The notes beneath the pieces were generated by a model. The model saw only the letters and a list, made by a program, of their open reading frames with translations, was not told the DNA's origin and ran no database searches. Positions 1 to 10,252 of a stretch of 64,000 nucleotides of DNA are shown piece by piece. Origin of the DNA: an uncultured Thiotrichales bacterium (GTDB lineage Bacteria > Pseudomonadota > Gammaproteobacteria > UBA4575); assembly GCA_964614915.1 (NCBI GenBank), contig CAZTNC010000015.1:89196-153195 (forward strand), written 5' to 3'. Positions within the stretch are counted from its first letter, which is position 1. The number at the start of each line of letters is the position of its first letter. A program made the translations under genes and the position numbers.

Positions 1-135
1 ACAGGGTCTCGCCCTTCAGTACCTTGTGATCATCCAGTACATACTTGTAGTAGGACGGTCTTTCCGGATACGAGACACACGCGGCCAGCGTGAAAAAAAA
101 AATTCCTGCAGCGACTAATCGTACGAAAGCAGTCA

Positions 136-717
136 TCAGAAGTAGGTGAAGTAAACAAGAACGATCACAAGTGCGAAGACTGTAGCCCAACCGATCCGCT
201 CTACGTATTTCCTGACCCAGGGCTCAAACCTGGGGCCCATGTACCTGAGCAGCCCGGCCACCAGAAAAAAACGGGCACCCCTGCCAATGAACGAGGCGAG
301 CACAAACGGAAGTATCGCCATGGAAAGCAGCCCGGCCGTGATCGTGAACAGCTTGTAGGGGATAGGAGAAAACCCGGTCACAACGATGACCCATACTCCC
401 CATTCGCCAAACCATGCCCTCGTGGTTTCAAATTCCGGCCAATAGGAAGACGCTTGCAGCCAGGGCTCAATATACCCAAAGGCGAACGCCCCGATAAAAT
501 AGCCCAGCACCCCTCCCGCCACGGAAGTGACTGTTGTGAGGAACGCAAACCACCACGCACGGGTGGGCCTTGCCACTGTCATTGGAATCAGCAACACATC
601 CGGCGGGATCGGAAAAAAAGAGGACTCCGCAAAACTCAGCCCCCCCAGATAATAACCAGCACGGGGATGACCAGCCCAAGTCATCACGCTTGCATAGAAC
701 CGGGTGAACAATTTCAT
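136..717 (-). CDS. DedA/YqaA-family inner membrane protein
   Basis: 193-aa strongly hydrophobic ORF with DedA/SNARE-associated-type motifs (FFPIPPDVLLIPM, GRGARFF). Starts 9 nt after the pcm stop on the same strand. Confidence 0.7.
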   Translation of the reverse strand: MKLFTRFYASVMTWAGHPRAGYYLGGLSFAESSFFPIPPDVLLIPMTVARPTRAWWFAFLTTVTSVAGGVLGYFIGAFAFGYIEPWLQASSYWPEFETTRAWFGEWGVWVIVVTGFSPIPYKLFTITAGLLSMAILPFVLASFIGRGARFFLVAGLLRYMGPRFEPWVRKYVERIGWATVFALVIVLVYFTYF

Positions 718-726
718 TGCAGACCG

Positions 727-1368
727 TTATGTATACACGCTTCCCTGTACAAGTGGCACAAAACTGACACTGCCAAGGTTTTCCTGCTCAACCTGGTTTC
801 CGTTCTTGTGCAACAACAGGAGATCCTGTGCTCCCGATGGCTGACCCACCGGAATGACCAAGCGACCGCCATCGGCCAACTGGTCAATCAGAGCCGATGG
901 AATTTCGTCCGGGGCCGCAGTAACTACCACGGCATCGTACGGTGCATAACTTTCCCAGCCCCACGAACCATCGGACAACTTGAACCGTATGTTGCGCAGG
1001 CCAAGTTGCATCGCCCGCTTGCGCGCTTGCTGGTAGAGAGCTTCAATACGCTCAACGGTATACACCTTTTCAACCAGCCCGGACAGTACCGCAGCCTGAT
1101 ACCCGGACCCGGTGCCAACCTCCAGCACCTTTTCCGGTATCCCACCCCGCAAAACAGCCTCCGTCATGCAAGCCACGACATAGGGCTGTGAAATTGTCTG
1201 CTTGTGACCAATGGGCAGGGCCATGTCTTCATAGGCGCGGGAAGCCAGCGCTTCATCGACAAACAGGTGTCTGGGTGTCACGCGCAGTGCCTGAAGGACC
1301 TGCCTGTTGCGGATACCGCGGTCGCGCAAGCGCGAGATCAGGCGGTCTCGCGTGCGTTGCGAAGTCAT
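727..1368 (-). CDS. pcm: protein-L-isoaspartate O-methyltransferase
   Basis: Pcm motifs throughout ([36 protein letters not shown]). Start placed at internal ATG 1368, which has a GAAGG SD about 10 nt upstream and aligns with the E. coli Pcm N-terminus. The ORF-track start at 1404 is a GTG. Confidence 0.88.
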   Translation of the reverse strand: MTSQRTRDRLISRLRDRGIRNRQVLQALRVTPRHLFVDEALASRAYEDMALPIGHKQTISQPYVVACMTEAVLRGGIPEKVLEVGTGSGYQAAVLSGLVEKVYTVERIEALYQQARKRAMQLGLRNIRFKLSDGSWGWESYAPYDAVVVTAAPDEIPSALIDQLADGGRLVIPVGQPSGAQDLLLLHKNGNQVEQENLGSVSFVPLVQGSVYT

Positions 1369-1420
1369 GCCAATGCCTTCGTGCTGTTCCGATCCCAGGG
1401 TCACTGCAGAAACTGCCGGC

Positions 1421-2176
1421 TCAGGTGAATTTGCATGTAGAAACCCACTGCTCTATCGGCTGCATGGCCTTGTAGTGCGTCAGGTCCAGGTGCAGGGGAG
1501 TTACGGAGACGCAGCCATTTCTGATGGCATGGAAGTCGGTGCCAGGCCCTGCATCCTGTTCAGGGCCTGCTGCACCTACCCAGTAGATCGTATCTCCGCG
1601 CGGGTCGGCGGACTCAATGACCGGTTCAGCCTTGTGCCGGCTGCCCAGGCGGGTGGTTTCCATGCCTTTTATCTGCTGCATCGACAAATCGGGTATGTTG
1701 ACATTGATGATCAGATCCTGGGGCAATTGCTGCACGGTGAGCTTGGAGATTATTTCATGACTGACCCTGGCACAGGCCTGCAGATCACGCGGGCGGTGAG
1801 AATTTACCGAAATGGCCACCGCCGGCAGCCCCAGAAACCGGCCCTCCATGGCTGCGGCCACCGTACCCGAATAAATAACATCATCTCCAAGGTTGGCTCC
1901 CAGGTTGATGCCGGCAATCACGATATCCGGCTCATCCTTGATCAGGCCCGTGATGGCCAGATGCACGCAGTCGGTGGGCGTGCCGTCCACGCTGTACCAG
2001 TTTTCAGCAATGGAGTGTGCGCGGATCGGTGCATCCAGTGTCAGGGAGTTACTGGAAGCGCTGTGATCGCGGCTTGGCGCGACAACGGTAATTTTTCCCA
2101 GTGGAGAAAGTGCGTCGGCCAGCGCCTTGAGTCCTTCAGATCGAATTCCGTCATCGTTGCTGAGTAATAGATGCAT
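1421..2176 (-). CDS. surE: 5'/3'-nucleotidase SurE
   Basis: [23 protein letters not shown]...[17 protein letters not shown] is the SurE N-terminus. The ORF-track ORF (to 2524) is over-extended upstream; the first Met that fits is at 2176, giving 252 aa. Classic surE-pcm pair. Confidence 0.88.
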   Translation of the reverse strand: MHLLLSNDDGIRSEGLKALADALSPLGKITVVAPSRDHSASSNSLTLDAPIRAHSIAENWYSVDGTPTDCVHLAITGLIKDEPDIVIAGINLGANLGDDVIYSGTVAAAMEGRFLGLPAVAISVNSHRPRDLQACARVSHEIISKLTVQQLPQDLIINVNIPDLSMQQIKGMETTRLGSRHKAEPVIESADPRGDTIYWVGAAGPEQDAGPGTDFHAIRNGCVSVTPLHLDLTHYKAMQPIEQWVSTCKFT

Positions 2177-2271
2177 CACTGCTACTGAAATCTGCCGCTG
2201 TGGGAAGTAGAATTGAGCAAACGCCCGGTCAGGAATCGTAGCAAAATAATACACCCAAATGGAATGTAAAC

Positions 2272-2823
2272 ATGTCCAAGCAAGGAAGTTGTTCAGGTAA
2301 GAAAACCCGCTTTGCAGACCTTGTAAAGGGCGTCCGACCCCTGCACTCGGACCACTCAAACCGCATAGAAGACAACACTCCAAAGCCAAGCGCCCTGCCC
2401 CTGGAAACCATGAAAGACCACGGGCGCGTCCTAGAAGAGTCGCTGGACACCAGTCTGGAGTTCGAAGACATGCAGCCCGGAGACAGCCTGTCGTTTCGCA
2501 ACGACAGGGTCCGAAAAAATGCATTCAGAAAACTCAAAAAGGGGCAATACAGCATCGAGGCTGAGCTCGACCTGCATGGCTTGACCATTGCAGAAGCCAA
2601 GCCTGCACTTGTGGATTTCATCAAGGTCTCGCGTGAAAAAAACATACGGTGCGTCCGGATTATCCATGGCAAAGGCCACGGCTCGAGCAACCAGGGGCCA
2701 AAATTAAAGCCCATGGTCAACCGGTGGCTGCAAAAAAGAGAGGAAATACTGGCCTTTTGCTCAGCGCGACCCGTAGACGGAGGCACCGGGGCTGTGTACG
2801 TGCTGCTCAAATCCCTGAGCTGA
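2272..2823 (+). CDS. smrB: Smr-domain endonuclease (SmrB/YfcN-like)
   Basis: 183 aa, the same length as E. coli SmrB. C-terminal Smr domain LDLHGLTIAEAKPALVDFI...IIHGKGHGS. Its 3' end overlaps the fadE 3' end by 17 nt (convergent). Confidence 0.7.
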   Translation: MSKQGSCSGKKTRFADLVKGVRPLHSDHSNRIEDNTPKPSALPLETMKDHGRVLEESLDTSLEFEDMQPGDSLSFRNDRVRKNAFRKLKKGQYSIEAELDLHGLTIAEAKPALVDFIKVSREKNIRCVRIIHGKGHGSSNQGPKLKPMVNRWLQKREEILAFCSARPVDGGTGAVYVLLKSLS

Positions 2824-5320
2824 AACCGTCCGGCGTTTGGCTTGTATCCGCCTTTTCAGCGTGGTTACCAGCACTTTCCTCTGCTTCGGCTCCTGGCCGT
2901 TGCGCCCCTTTGCCTGCTGGAAAGTCATCGACCGCGATTGCTGCCTGTGTTGCGGTGCGCGCCCGTTCGACAAGCTCAGCTTCATGTTGCGTGACAATGC
3001 CTTGTGCGACTGCATCGCCCAGCCAGTCCTTGGGCCGCCCCCTCTGCGGAGGGGAGATGCCTGCTCTCGCGAGCTTGCGTTCTGCCTCCTCTGCAGCGAC
3101 AACGGCGGTCAGTGCATGTTGCACCCTCCCTGTGGCATCTTCGGGGTCAGTACTCTTGAAGATTCCCCCGGTGAGCCGATCTCGGGCCGCAGACGGCTCA
3201 ATAAGGATCTCGGCAACACGCTGCCCCAGCGCATCATCAGGATAGTGCAGGCTTCTTCCGGTAGGAAACACGATGGCTCGCAGGAGTTGCCCGACGATTC
3301 GCGAGGGAAAATTCCGCATGATTTCATCCAATGCATGCTGGGCATGGTAGAGGCAGTACTTTGCACCCCACTCGACCAGCGGGAAATCCGTTGCAGGTCT
3401 GCCCGTCTCCTGGTAGTGCTTCAGAATCGCCGAGCATAGATACATGTAACCCAGCACATCCGCAAAGCGACCGGAAAGCTTTTCCCTGCGCTTGAGATTG
3501 CCTCCCAAGAACAACAGCGCAAAATCCGACACAAATGCATAGCTTGCACTGATCCTTGCCAGGCGCCTGAAGTAGCCCCGGGTGGACCCCTGCACCGGGC
3601 TTGGCGCAAACCGGCTCCGGGTCACACCGTACAGGAATGATCTCGCACCGTTGCGGACGGTATAGCCCAGGTGTTGGAACAGGATCTGGTCGAACTCCCT
3701 CAGTCCGGCCTCGTGGTCCGGGTCCGAAGCTGCATTGATCTCGGCCATCAGGTAAGGATGGCACCGCATGGCCCCCTGCCCGAAGATGATCAGGCTGCGG
3801 ACCAGGATATTTGCACCCTCAACCGTGACACTCATCGGCATGGACTGGTAAATCTGTGCAAGATAGTTACTCGGCCCCAGGCAGATTCCGCGACCCCCGT
3901 GCACATCCATGGCATCGTTGATCACCCTGCGCACGCTCTCCGTATTGTGGTACTTGAGCATCGCCGTCGCTACGGACGGTTTCTCTCCATGGTCGATGGC
4001 CGAGGCGGTCAGCCTTCGCCCGGCTTCCATCATGTAGGTCAGTCCGCCGATCCTGCCCAGGGCTTCCTGCACGCCCTCGAACTTGCCGATCGGGATGCCG
4101 AATTGCCTTCGGGTCCGAGTATAGGCGCCGCTCATGTAGCTGATGAATTTTCCCGCACCCGCACTCAAGGCCGGCAGCGAGATACCGCGTCCTACAGAGA
4201 GGCACTCCACGATCATGCGCCAGCCCTTGCCAATCTGGTCCTGTCCTCCGATGACCCAGTCGATTGGAATGAATACATCCTCTCCCCAATTCGGACCATT
4301 CTGGATGGAAGCATTGAGCGGGTTATGCCGGGTGCCTATACGCACTCCCGGTGTATCGGTGGGAACCAGGGCACAGGTGATACCCAGATTCTCCCGTTCG
4401 CCGAGCAGGCCGTCCGGATCATAGGCCTTGAAGGCAAGCCCCAGCACGGTCGCAACCGGTCCCAATGTGATATAGCGTTTTGCCCAGTTCAGGCGCAAAC
4501 CCAAAACTTCCCTTCCTTCAAACGTGCCTCGGCATACCACCCCGGTATCCGGCATCGCGCCGGCATCGGACCCGGCATCCGGTCCCGTCAGGGCGAAACA
4601 GGGAATCTCTTCCCCTGCGGCAAGCCTTGGCAAGTAATGACCTTTTTGTGCCTCCGTGCCGTAGTGCAACAAGAGTTCGGCGGGTCCCAGTGAATTCGGC
4701 ACCATCACAGTGACAGCCGCACTGCTGCTGCGGCTCACAATTTTCATGACAACGGAAGAATGCGCAACGGCAGAAAACTCAAGACCTCCGTATTTCTTCG
4801 GTATGATCATTCCGAAAAACTTGTTTTTCTTGAGGAATTCCCAGACCTCGGGGGAAAGATCATTCAGTTCGCTGGTCATTTTCCAGTCATCGATCATCCG
4901 GCATAACTCGTCTACCGGGCCATCCAGGAAAGCCTGCTCCTCGTCGGAAAGCACCGAGGTCTTGTGCTCCAGCAGTTTTTGCCAATCAGGGTTGCCCTGA
5001 AACAATTCTGCTTCCCACCACGAGGTCCCCGCTTCAACCGCCTCGCGCTCCGTTTCCGACATTGGTGGCAGCACCTTGCGTATGTAGGCGAACATTGGCC
5101 TGCTCAAAAACGCGATGCGCAGATCAGGTGAGTTGAGCAGTGCCAGAAAAATGAACAGCGCCCACAGGACAAGGCCTCCCACTACCGACAAAAAACCGAA
5201 CAGGGTCAGAAACAGCAGGCCCGCACCCAATATCAGGGTCCACACAGAATATGCCCACTTGGCCCTGCTTAGACCAAAAACCAGGCCACCCACGACCAGA
5301 CACCAAACTATGAACGTCAC
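2807..5320 (-). CDS. fadE: acyl-CoA dehydrogenase FadE (large membrane-associated type)
   Basis: 837 aa. N-terminal TM segments, then ...FAYIRKVLPPMSETEREAVEAGTSWWEAELFQGNPDW...EIPCFALTGPDAGSDAG, colinear with E. coli FadE. Start is GTG at 5318-5320 with a GGAGGA SD 7 nt upstream. Confidence 0.85.
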   Translation of the reverse strand: MTFIVWCLVVGGLVFGLSRAKWAYSVWTLILGAGLLFLTLFGFLSVVGGLVLWALFIFLALLNSPDLRIAFLSRPMFAYIRKVLPPMSETEREAVEAGTSWWEAELFQGNPDWQKLLEHKTSVLSDEEQAFLDGPVDELCRMIDDWKMTSELNDLSPEVWEFLKKNKFFGMIIPKKYGGLEFSAVAHSSVVMKIVSRSSSAAVTVMVPNSLGPAELLLHYGTEAQKGHYLPRLAAGEEIPCFALTGPDAGSDAGAMPDTGVVCRGTFEGREVLGLRLNWAKRYITLGPVATVLGLAFKAYDPDGLLGERENLGITCALVPTDTPGVRIGTRHNPLNASIQNGPNWGEDVFIPIDWVIGGQDQIGKGWRMIVECLSVGRGISLPALSAGAGKFISYMSGAYTRTRRQFGIPIGKFEGVQEALGRIGGLTYMMEAGRRLTASAIDHGEKPSVATAMLKYHNTESVRRVINDAMDVHGGRGICLGPSNYLAQIYQSMPMSVTVEGANILVRSLIIFGQGAMRCHPYLMAEINAASDPDHEAGLREFDQILFQHLGYTVRNGARSFLYGVTRSRFAPSPVQGSTRGYFRRLARISASYAFVSDFALLFLGGNLKRREKLSGRFADVLGYMYLCSAILKHYQETGRPATDFPLVEWGAKYCLYHAQHALDEIMRNFPSRIVGQLLRAIVFPTGRSLHYPDDALGQRVAEILIEPSAARDRLTGGIFKSTDPEDATGRVQHALTAVVAAEEAERKLARAGISPPQRGRPKDWLGDAVAQGIVTQHEAELVERARTATQAAIAVDDFPAGKGAQRPGAEAEESAGNHAEKADTSQTPDGFSSGI

Positions 5321-5493
5321 CCAAAATCCTCCATCTCGGCCATCTCCAATGGCAAGGCATCACCTACCTGTATTGTACTCCAACAGAGACTGCACGCCGG
5401 GCTCCAGGAGTGCGGAGGCAGAACCTGCAGCCTGGCTTCATTCTGTAAACCCGCCCCGATTATAATAGTGCATCAGAGTTCCAGGGTACGCCG

Positions 5494-6777
5494 ATGACTT
5501 CCACTGACCAACGCTATGATCCCAGTTGCATGGATGACTTTGACCCGGCATCCCTGGATGCCGAGCAGGCGCTAACGCAAATTATCAACACAGTAACCCA
5601 ACCGCATGAAGTCGAGACCGTATCTGTCCGGGATTCGTTAGGGCGTGTGGTCGCTAGTGAGTCACGTTCAAGGATCAATGTGCCCGGCCATACGAACTCT
5701 GCGATGGATGGGTATGCGATTTGCGGTGAAGACATTCCTGCCCGCGGACAGGCCGTGCTGTCTGTGATTGGGACGTCTTGGGCAGGACGGCCGTTCCCCG
5801 GGTCCATTCAGTCCGGAGAATGTGTGCGTATCATGACAGGTGCTGCCATGCCAGACGGCTCCGATACGGTGGTGATGCAAGAGCGTGTCCAGAAAACCGG
5901 TGACACGATCAGTATCGACTGCAACAACGAGCCCGGGCAAAACGTTCGTCAGGCCGGTGAGGATATTCAGGCTGGCGAGATCGTTCTGGAAAGCGGCAAG
6001 CACATTCGCCCGTCGGAACTGGGGCTGCTGGCTTCGGTGGGTATCAACGAGATCACCGTGTACAAAAAGTTGCGGGTGGCTTTTTTCTCCACGGGTGACG
6101 AACTGAGACCCGTCGGCTCCAAACTGCAAAAAGGCCAGATCTATGACAGCAATCGCTACACCCTGTACGGCATGCTGTCTCGCCTGGGAGTTGAAATTGC
6201 CGACCTGGGCGTGATCAGGGATGAAAGAAGTGCGCTCAAGCAAGTCTTCTCGGACGCTGCTGCCAAGGCAGACGTTGTAATTACTTCCGGAGGTGTGTCC
6301 GTCGGTGAAGCCGATTTTGTAAAGGAAATACTCGAACAACAGGGCACAGTTCATTTCTGGAAAGTAGCCATGAAACCAGGAAGGCCCCTCGCATTCGGGA
6401 AAATTGGTGATGCATGGTTTTTCGGCCTGCCGGGGAATCCTGTCTCCGTTATGGTGACCTTCTATATGTTTGTGCTGCCTGCCCTGAGGAAAATGATGGG
6501 AAATCCCTATCGGGAGCCCCTGACAGTTACAGCCACCTGCTCCTCCAAACTGCGCAAGCGTGCTGGGCGCATCGAATATCAGCGAGGCATCTTAACCTGG
6601 GAAAAAAATGGCGGCCCGTTGGGCCATAGTTACAGGGTGTCCAAAACAGGCCCGCAGGGGTCCGGGGTACTGCGCTCCATGTCCGATGCAAACTGCTTCA
6701 TCATACTGCCAATGGAATCCTCGGGTGTCGAGGCAGGCGATGAAGTCAGGGTGTTACCCTTTGAGACGATTGTCTAG
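5494..6777 (+). CDS. moeA: molybdopterin molybdenumtransferase MoeA
   Basis: MoeA/gephyrin-E-type sequence (NSAMDGYAI, SGGVSVGEADF, GLPGNPVSV). The start could instead be the internal Met at 5530. Confidence 0.85.
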   Translation: MTSTDQRYDPSCMDDFDPASLDAEQALTQIINTVTQPHEVETVSVRDSLGRVVASESRSRINVPGHTNSAMDGYAICGEDIPARGQAVLSVIGTSWAGRPFPGSIQSGECVRIMTGAAMPDGSDTVVMQERVQKTGDTISIDCNNEPGQNVRQAGEDIQAGEIVLESGKHIRPSELGLLASVGINEITVYKKLRVAFFSTGDELRPVGSKLQKGQIYDSNRYTLYGMLSRLGVEIADLGVIRDERSALKQVFSDAAAKADVVITSGGVSVGEADFVKEILEQQGTVHFWKVAMKPGRPLAFGKIGDAWFFGLPGNPVSVMVTFYMFVLPALRKMMGNPYREPLTVTATCSSKLRKRAGRIEYQRGILTWEKNGGPLGHSYRVSKTGPQGSGVLRSMSDANCFIILPMESSGVEAGDEVRVLPFETIV

Positions 6778-6863
6778 ACTGTCAGGCACGGACTTGGTCC
6801 TGGGTTTATCCCGGTGCGTGCCTTTGCAGGGAAAAGCTGCCCAGCCACCAGGAAATACCAAGC

Positions 6864-7310
6864 TCATGAACAGGATTTTTCCTCATCGCCTGTAAGCCAA
6901 CGTTGCCGACCCGACAATTGCTCTTTTTTCCAGATCGGAGATTTGGACTTCAGGTCTTCCATAATGAAGCGGTTGGCCTCATAGGCTGCGGCACGATGTG
7001 CTGACCAGATGGCAATACATACAATCGGGTCGCCTGGAAACACCTGGCCTACGCGATGCAGCAGCAGTGCATCCAGTATTTCCCACCTGCGGGCGGCCTC
7101 CTGCGCAATCTGCTGCAGATGTCCCCGGGTCATCTCTGGATAATGTTCCAGGTGCATCGAATGCACCTGCTCACCGGCATTGAAATCTCGCATGGTGCCC
7201 ACAAATACCGCTGTCGCACCATATTTTCCCGGCTTTGCCAGACACTGCTCCCGATAATCCTGGACTTCCTGCCAAGGATCGAATGCAGTATCACGAATCT
7301 CGATTTTCAT
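6864..7310 (-). CDS. moaE: molybdopterin synthase catalytic subunit MoaE
   Basis: 148 aa; HLEHYPEMT...SAHRAAAYEANRFIMEDLKSKSPIWKKE closely parallels MoaE. Confidence 0.85.
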   Translation of the reverse strand: MKIEIRDTAFDPWQEVQDYREQCLAKPGKYGATAVFVGTMRDFNAGEQVHSMHLEHYPEMTRGHLQQIAQEAARRWEILDALLLHRVGQVFPGDPIVCIAIWSAHRAAAYEANRFIMEDLKSKSPIWKKEQLSGRQRWLTGDEEKSCS

Positions 7311-7389
7311 GCCTGCCAGATTTTCCCGATAACCGTGTGTTTGACTGCATTATCCGTAAAATACTACTGTACATGACAGGTGATGACCA

Positions 7390-7926
7390 TTGGCAGGATG
7401 CATGAATATGGGTGATGAAAAAAAGCGTGACTTCATTTCTCTGGAGATTGCCGTACTGACAATTTCCGATACCCGCACAGAAAACGACGACAAGTCCGGG
7501 AAAATCCTGTGCGATCGATTGCGATCCGCAGGGCACAGTGTTCATGAAAAAACCATTGTCCCGGATGACAAATACCGAATCAGGGCTGTCATATCCCCCT
7601 GGATCTCGGAACCCAAACCTGACGTCATACTCACAACCGGGGGCACAGGCGTCACCGGAAGGGACGGGACTCCTGAGGCAGTCAGGCCCTTGCTGGACAA
7701 GGAAATTTCAGGCTTTGGCGAAATGTTCCGGGTCCTGTCGTTTGAAACCATTAAAACCTCCACCCTGCAGTCCCGGGCGTTTGCAGGAGTCGCCAACCGG
7801 ACATACGTTTTTTGTCTGCCCGGCTCAAGTGGAGCATGCGCTGAAGCGTGGGACAAGCTTATCTCGCACCAACTGGATTACCGGACCCGCCCATGCAACC
7901 TGGTAGAGCTGATGCCAAGGCTTTAA
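7390..7926 (+). CDS. moaB: molybdenum cofactor biosynthesis protein B
   Basis: ILTTGGTGVTGRDGTPEA...GFGEMFRVLSFETIKTSTLQSRAFAGVANRTYVFCLPGS matches MoaB/MogA-fold. The true start is probably the internal Met at 7402 or 7408. Divergent from moaE. Confidence 0.75.
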   Translation: MAGCMNMGDEKKRDFISLEIAVLTISDTRTENDDKSGKILCDRLRSAGHSVHEKTIVPDDKYRIRAVISPWISEPKPDVILTTGGTGVTGRDGTPEAVRPLLDKEISGFGEMFRVLSFETIKTSTLQSRAFAGVANRTYVFCLPGSSGACAEAWDKLISHQLDYRTRPCNLVELMPRL

Positions 7927-8010
7927 GCCAATCAAAAGTGCAGTACCCTGTGAACTGGCCGGCACCCAAAATCATCGAGTCACATCTGATACAACCCTGA
8001 ATCGCCCATT

Positions 8011-9042
8011 GTGAGTGCAAGCAGATTGGCTCCCGAATGGGAGCGCCAGGATGCCATAGTGATCGTCTGGCCCCATCCATACTCGGACTGGGCTCCTATG
8101 CTGGAACAAATCGAACCCGTCTATCTGCAAATATGCAAATATGTCGGCAGACACCAGACCATCATCCTGATCGCCTACAACGATGCTCATGCACGGGACA
8201 TCAGGGACAAGTTGAGCACGGCTGGCATCAGCTGTGGAAATGTGAGGTTTGCAATCATTTCCACGGACGATACCTGGATACGCGATTATGGTCCGGTATG
8301 CACGCAATCCGGACACAGAAAATTCTTGCTCGACTTTCGATTTGACGGGTGGGGACAAAAGTACAACTGGCAACTGGATAATGCCTTGAATGCAAATCTG
8401 GTCGAGGATTTAAGGTTCAGTGCCTCATACCAGAGCATCGACCAGATCTTGGAAGCTGGTAACATCGAAATCAACGCGCTAGGCGAGCTACTGTGTTCCA
8501 GAACCTGCTTCGAGCGCAGCCACCCGCTGCCGGATACGGGGTTTGCAAAACTTGAGAAACAGCTCAGGCACTGGCTGGGGTGCGGCAAAGTCCATTGGCT
8601 TGACCAGGTACAGCTTGCCGGAGATGACACTTGTGGACATGTAGATACCCTTGCGCGATTCTGCAGCAATGACATCATCGCCTACTCCACATCCCAAAAC
8701 CCGAAAGACGTCAATCATGAAGCACTCGGCCGACTCTCGGTGCAGCTTTCAGAAATAAACAAACTAGGCTGCAACAGGTTTGAACTTGTACCGCTACCAC
8801 TGCCTGACCCGATGTTCCTGAACGGACAGCAACTGCCCGCCGCCTATACCAACTTTCTGATCACAAACAGCTGTGTCCTGGTACCGGTCTTCCATGATCG
8901 GCGAGACGACTGTACCCTCAAGCTGATGGACGAGTTATTTCCGGATCGGGAGATCGTCGATATTGAAAGCAGCGCCTTGATTCGCCAGCGTGGCGGTCTG
9001 CATTGTGCCGCCATGCAAATACCCGAGGGCTTCATCGCGTGA
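8011..9042 (+). CDS. aguA: agmatine deiminase
   Basis: 343 aa in the porphyranase-type agmatine deiminase family (WIRDYGP, GDDTCGHVDTLARF, GGLHCAAMQIP). GTG start. Confidence 0.8.
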   Translation: MSASRLAPEWERQDAIVIVWPHPYSDWAPMLEQIEPVYLQICKYVGRHQTIILIAYNDAHARDIRDKLSTAGISCGNVRFAIISTDDTWIRDYGPVCTQSGHRKFLLDFRFDGWGQKYNWQLDNALNANLVEDLRFSASYQSIDQILEAGNIEINALGELLCSRTCFERSHPLPDTGFAKLEKQLRHWLGCGKVHWLDQVQLAGDDTCGHVDTLARFCSNDIIAYSTSQNPKDVNHEALGRLSVQLSEINKLGCNRFELVPLPLPDPMFLNGQQLPAAYTNFLITNSCVLVPVFHDRRDDCTLKLMDELFPDREIVDIESSALIRQRGGLHCAAMQIPEGFIA

Positions 9043-9986
9043 GCAGCATCAACGTTGCACTGGTACAGCAGTGTATGCAGGCCGACTCCCAGGCCAATCT
9101 TGAAGTCAGCCTTGCACAAGTACAGAAGGCCACGCGCGAAGGAGCCGATCTGGTCGTGCTTTGCGAATTGCATACCAGCTTGTACTTTTGCCAGGAGAAA
9201 TCTGCCCGGCATTTCAGGCTTGCCCAGGAGATACCGGGGCCTCTTACCCACCAGCTAGGCCTTGCTGCCCAAAAAAACCACGTCGTCATCGTGGGCTCGG
9301 TCTTTGAGAAGCGGGCCCGGCGGATGTATCACAACACGGCAGTAGTTGTGGAAAAGGACGGCACCCTGGCGGGGATTTATCGGAAAATGCATATCCCCGA
9401 CGGCCCCGGTTACCATGAAAAATATTATTTCGCAGCCGGGGACACGGGCTTCGCTCCGATTCAGACAAGCCTGGGAAAACTTGGGGTCATGGTCTGCTGG
9501 GACCAGTGGTTTCCGGAAGCCGCTCGCCTGATGGCGCTTGGCGGCGCAGAGATCCTGATATTCCCGAGCGCAATCGGCTGGGATCCTGAAGACGATAACG
9601 AAGAAAAACGGCGCCAAATAGAGGCCTGGCAAATCATCCAGCAAAGCCATGCAATCTCGAACAACCTCCCGGTCATCTGCGTAAACCGTGCAGGGCACGA
9701 AAAGGATCTCTCCGGTGCGACCCGGGGAATTGATTTCTGGGGACGCTCATTCGTTACAGATGCGTTCGGCAAAATCACAGCCCAGGGACCAGCCGATGTT
9801 GCAGAGACCCTGCATGCCAGGATCGACCTCAGCGAGACGGAACGATGCCGACAGGTATGGCCTTATTTGCAGGACCGACGCATCGATGCTTACGGCGATA
9901 TCAGCAAAGGGTCTGCGGACGTATTGCGTGATCCTACGCCAGCACCTGCATTGCCAGATAGGGGATCACGAAAAACGAGACGATAA
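9039..9986 (+). CDS. aguB: N-carbamoylputrescine amidase
   Basis: CN-hydrolase fold (VMVCWDQWFPEAARLMALGGAEILIFPSAIGW). GTG start overlaps the aguA stop (GTGA). C-terminus ...WPYLQDRRIDAYGD, then a roughly 25-aa tail. Confidence 0.8.
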   Translation: MSSINVALVQQCMQADSQANLEVSLAQVQKATREGADLVVLCELHTSLYFCQEKSARHFRLAQEIPGPLTHQLGLAAQKNHVVIVGSVFEKRARRMYHNTAVVVEKDGTLAGIYRKMHIPDGPGYHEKYYFAAGDTGFAPIQTSLGKLGVMVCWDQWFPEAARLMALGGAEILIFPSAIGWDPEDDNEEKRRQIEAWQIIQQSHAISNNLPVICVNRAGHEKDLSGATRGIDFWGRSFVTDAFGKITAQGPADVAETLHARIDLSETERCRQVWPYLQDRRIDAYGDISKGSADVLRDPTPAPALPDRGSRKTRR

Positions 9987-10188
9987 TCAGCTTGTACACA
10001 CCCATCATGATGTAGTGGGACTTGTCAAACTCCTCTTTTGACATCGAGAACCATATGCAATGCAGCTTATACACTGCATCATGGGCCAGCGTGAAAACCA
10101 GAAACCAGACAAGGAACAAGCCGATGTTGACCAAAGCACACCAGCCCAGCACGCTGCGTGTTAACTCAACATCCACGACGGTACCCAC
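9934..10188 (-). CDS. small hypothetical 2-TM membrane protein (antisense-overlapping the aguB 3' end)
   Basis: 84-aa ORF with two hydrophobic helices (LGWCALVNIGLFLVWFLVFTL and GVYKLIIVSFFVIPYLAM). No homology recognised. 53-nt convergent overlap with aguB. Confidence 0.3.
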   Translation of the reverse strand: MGTVVDVELTRSVLGWCALVNIGLFLVWFLVFTLAHDAVYKLHCIWFSMSKEEFDKSHYIMMGVYKLIIVSFFVIPYLAMQVLA

Positions 10189-10252
10189 GCACAGTCACTG
10201 ATAAGTGCAGTTGCATGGTGCTGCCGTTTCCGGCTGGAGAGAAGCTGGGAAG

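Noticed and set aside
1307-2167. 286-aa plus-strand ORF
   Set aside because: Completely antisense to surE, which has strong homology. It is a typical long spurious antisense ORF in moderately GC-rich DNA.
3671-4693. 340-aa plus-strand ORF
   Set aside because: Antisense to fadE; no recognisable protein features.
6786-6830. Hairpin AGGCACG-N26-CGTGCCT between convergent moeA and moaE
   Set aside because: Long irregular loop and no U-tract on either strand; not convincing as an intrinsic terminator.
7311-7389. Possible Moco riboswitch upstream of moaB
   Set aside because: The intergenic region is only about 80 nt with no conserved Moco-riboswitch stems visible; it is too short.
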